A program made the position numbers and the translations under genes. From NCBI GenBank assembly GCA_964391105.1, contig CAYMKC010000001.1, positions 1 to 63,986 on the forward strand: 63,986 nt of DNA, given 5' to 3'. The notes under the pieces are model-generated. The model saw only the letters and a list, made by a program, of their open reading frames with translations. It did not search any database and was not told the origin of the DNA. Position 1 is the stretch's first letter, and each line of letters begins with the position of its first letter. Shown here piece by piece: positions 63,199 to 63,986 of this stretch. Origin of the DNA: an uncultured Thermoplasmatales archaeon (GTDB lineage: Archaea; Thermoplasmatota; Thermoplasmata; Thermoplasmatales; GCA-001856825).

Positions 63199-63986
63199 AT
63201 GATTGGACCAAGGATAGCTAACAGTGCAATTTTTACTCTTATTATCGTAGCGATAGTATTACTTTCATCGTTCTCAATTACTGTCTCAATTCAAGGTTAC
63301 GGGAACACAATTGTTCCCTCTCATCATCCATACAACCCCGGTACAGCCGATCCTGCCCAATCCACCAGCTTTCAGATCTTCCCGCCGTACGGTACTGAAC
63401 CTGCACCGATAGGAATCGCGGACTATGGGTTGGGACTAAATGGTGTTCCCTATACCTACAATACATCCTCTTTCCAAGGGGTGATCGGGATCAAGGCTCT
63501 TAGCACCTACAACTCCTCCACACAGGTTCTCCAGAACATGACTTTCCAGATGAACCTCAACCTTGTCTTCATTTACAAAGGAACCGTGTATGATTACTGG
63601 GTACAGGATGTTGCGTACCTTGACACGACGAACAATTCAGTAACGTTTCTTGATAACATATGGAACCTTACAAACGCAAACGCCCCGCTGTTCAATTCCA
63701 GTGTCGTTGGTAATGGGACGGTCACGTCATTCGGAAGTATAGGTTTTTACTACTCGGTTGCTGCTAACTCGTCACCCGGCAACAATATATCCCTGAAATA
63801 TCCTTCTACGATCTACCTCAGGATGGATGCCGCACTGAATTCAAGAGGGTCTCCAGAGGTCTACTTTCTCTACAACGACGGCAGGGGTTGGACTATCTTT
63901 GATACGGCAGCCTTCATCTTTGCCTCTGGACTAAAAAATGCTCCCGTGTTCGTCGTAAACGGATTCAATTACAACCCGGCAGGGAC
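63199..63986 (+). CDS. Thermopsin-family (peptidase A5) secreted protease, 5' partial that runs off the window end
   Basis: It is absent from the ORF track because it has no stop in the window. My own translation is open from the ATG at 63199 to the window end. It shows a signal/TM segment AIFTLIIVAIVLL, then EPAPIGIADYG, FQMNLNLV, YWVQDVAY and FLDNIWN, which are typical thermopsin blocks, plus many N-x-S/T sequons. Confidence 0.8.
   Translation, partial: MIGPRIANSAIFTLIIVAIVLLSSFSITVSIQGYGNTIVPSHHPYNPGTADPAQSTSFQIFPPYGTEPAPIGIADYGLGLNGVPYTYNTSSFQGVIGIKALSTYNSSTQVLQNMTFQMNLNLVFIYKGTVYDYWVQDVAYLDTTNNSVTFLDNIWNLTNANAPLFNSSVVGNGTVTSFGSIGFYYSVAANSSPGNNISLKYPSTIYLRMDAALNSRGSPEVYFLYNDGRGWTIFDTAAFIFASGLKNAPVFVVNGFNYNPAG

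Noticed and set aside
1-63986. Search for CRISPR arrays, IS elements/transposases, integrases and rRNA genes
   Set aside because: I noticed no regularly spaced direct repeats, no terminal inverted repeats flanking a transposase-like ORF, no tyrosine or serine recombinase motifs, and no rRNA-like sequence in any frame or strand. This was visual inspection only, so short or degenerate elements could have been missed.

Overview
All functional calls below rest on motifs and family resemblance I recognised by eye; no database search was run.

This is a densely coding, roughly 64 kb chromosomal segment of an archaeon, most likely a Thermoplasmata/Thermoplasmatales-like euryarchaeon. Supporting markers are PolD DP2, two Orc1/Cdc6 genes, PCNA, Rpo7/Spt4, S24e/S27ae, isopentenyl phosphate kinase with type-2 IDI, menaquinone genes, thermopsin and a TPP riboswitch.

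I can support about 70 protein genes, 2 tRNAs (Val-GAC and Glu-CUC) and 1 riboswitch. I saw no rRNA, CRISPR array, or intact transposase or integrase.

Most of the window is housekeeping:
- replication and division: PolD, RNase HII, PCNA, Cdc6 x2, FtsZ, GPN GTPase
- translation and transcription: MetRS, the rpo7-spt4-S24e-S27ae operon
- isoprenoid, quinone and nucleotide metabolism
- oxidative-damage repair: MsrA/MsrB, rubrerythrin, HIT proteins

The parts that look accessory or unusual are:
1. A tightly linked pair at 14.0-18.7 kb: an AddB-like Fe-S PD-(D/E)XK nuclease and a UvrD/AddA-like helicase that lacks a nuclease domain. It sits directly before tRNA-Glu.
2. A gene-poor, decayed stretch of about 3.5 kb after tRNA-Glu. 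Its only intact genes are an AbiEi/AbiEii-like pair.
3. A 183-aa FtsZ/tubulin protein with the N-terminal domain only and a degenerate tubulin signature, next to an Orc1/Cdc6 gene.
4. A clear TPP riboswitch whose 3' conserved arm contains the Shine-Dalgarno sequence of a ThiBPQ-like ABC importer.
5. A B12-binding radical SAM gene embedded between MenA-like and UbiE/MenG-like genes.
6. Three genes missing from the ORF track: a Trm112-like gene, S27ae, and a thermopsin gene that runs off the window end.
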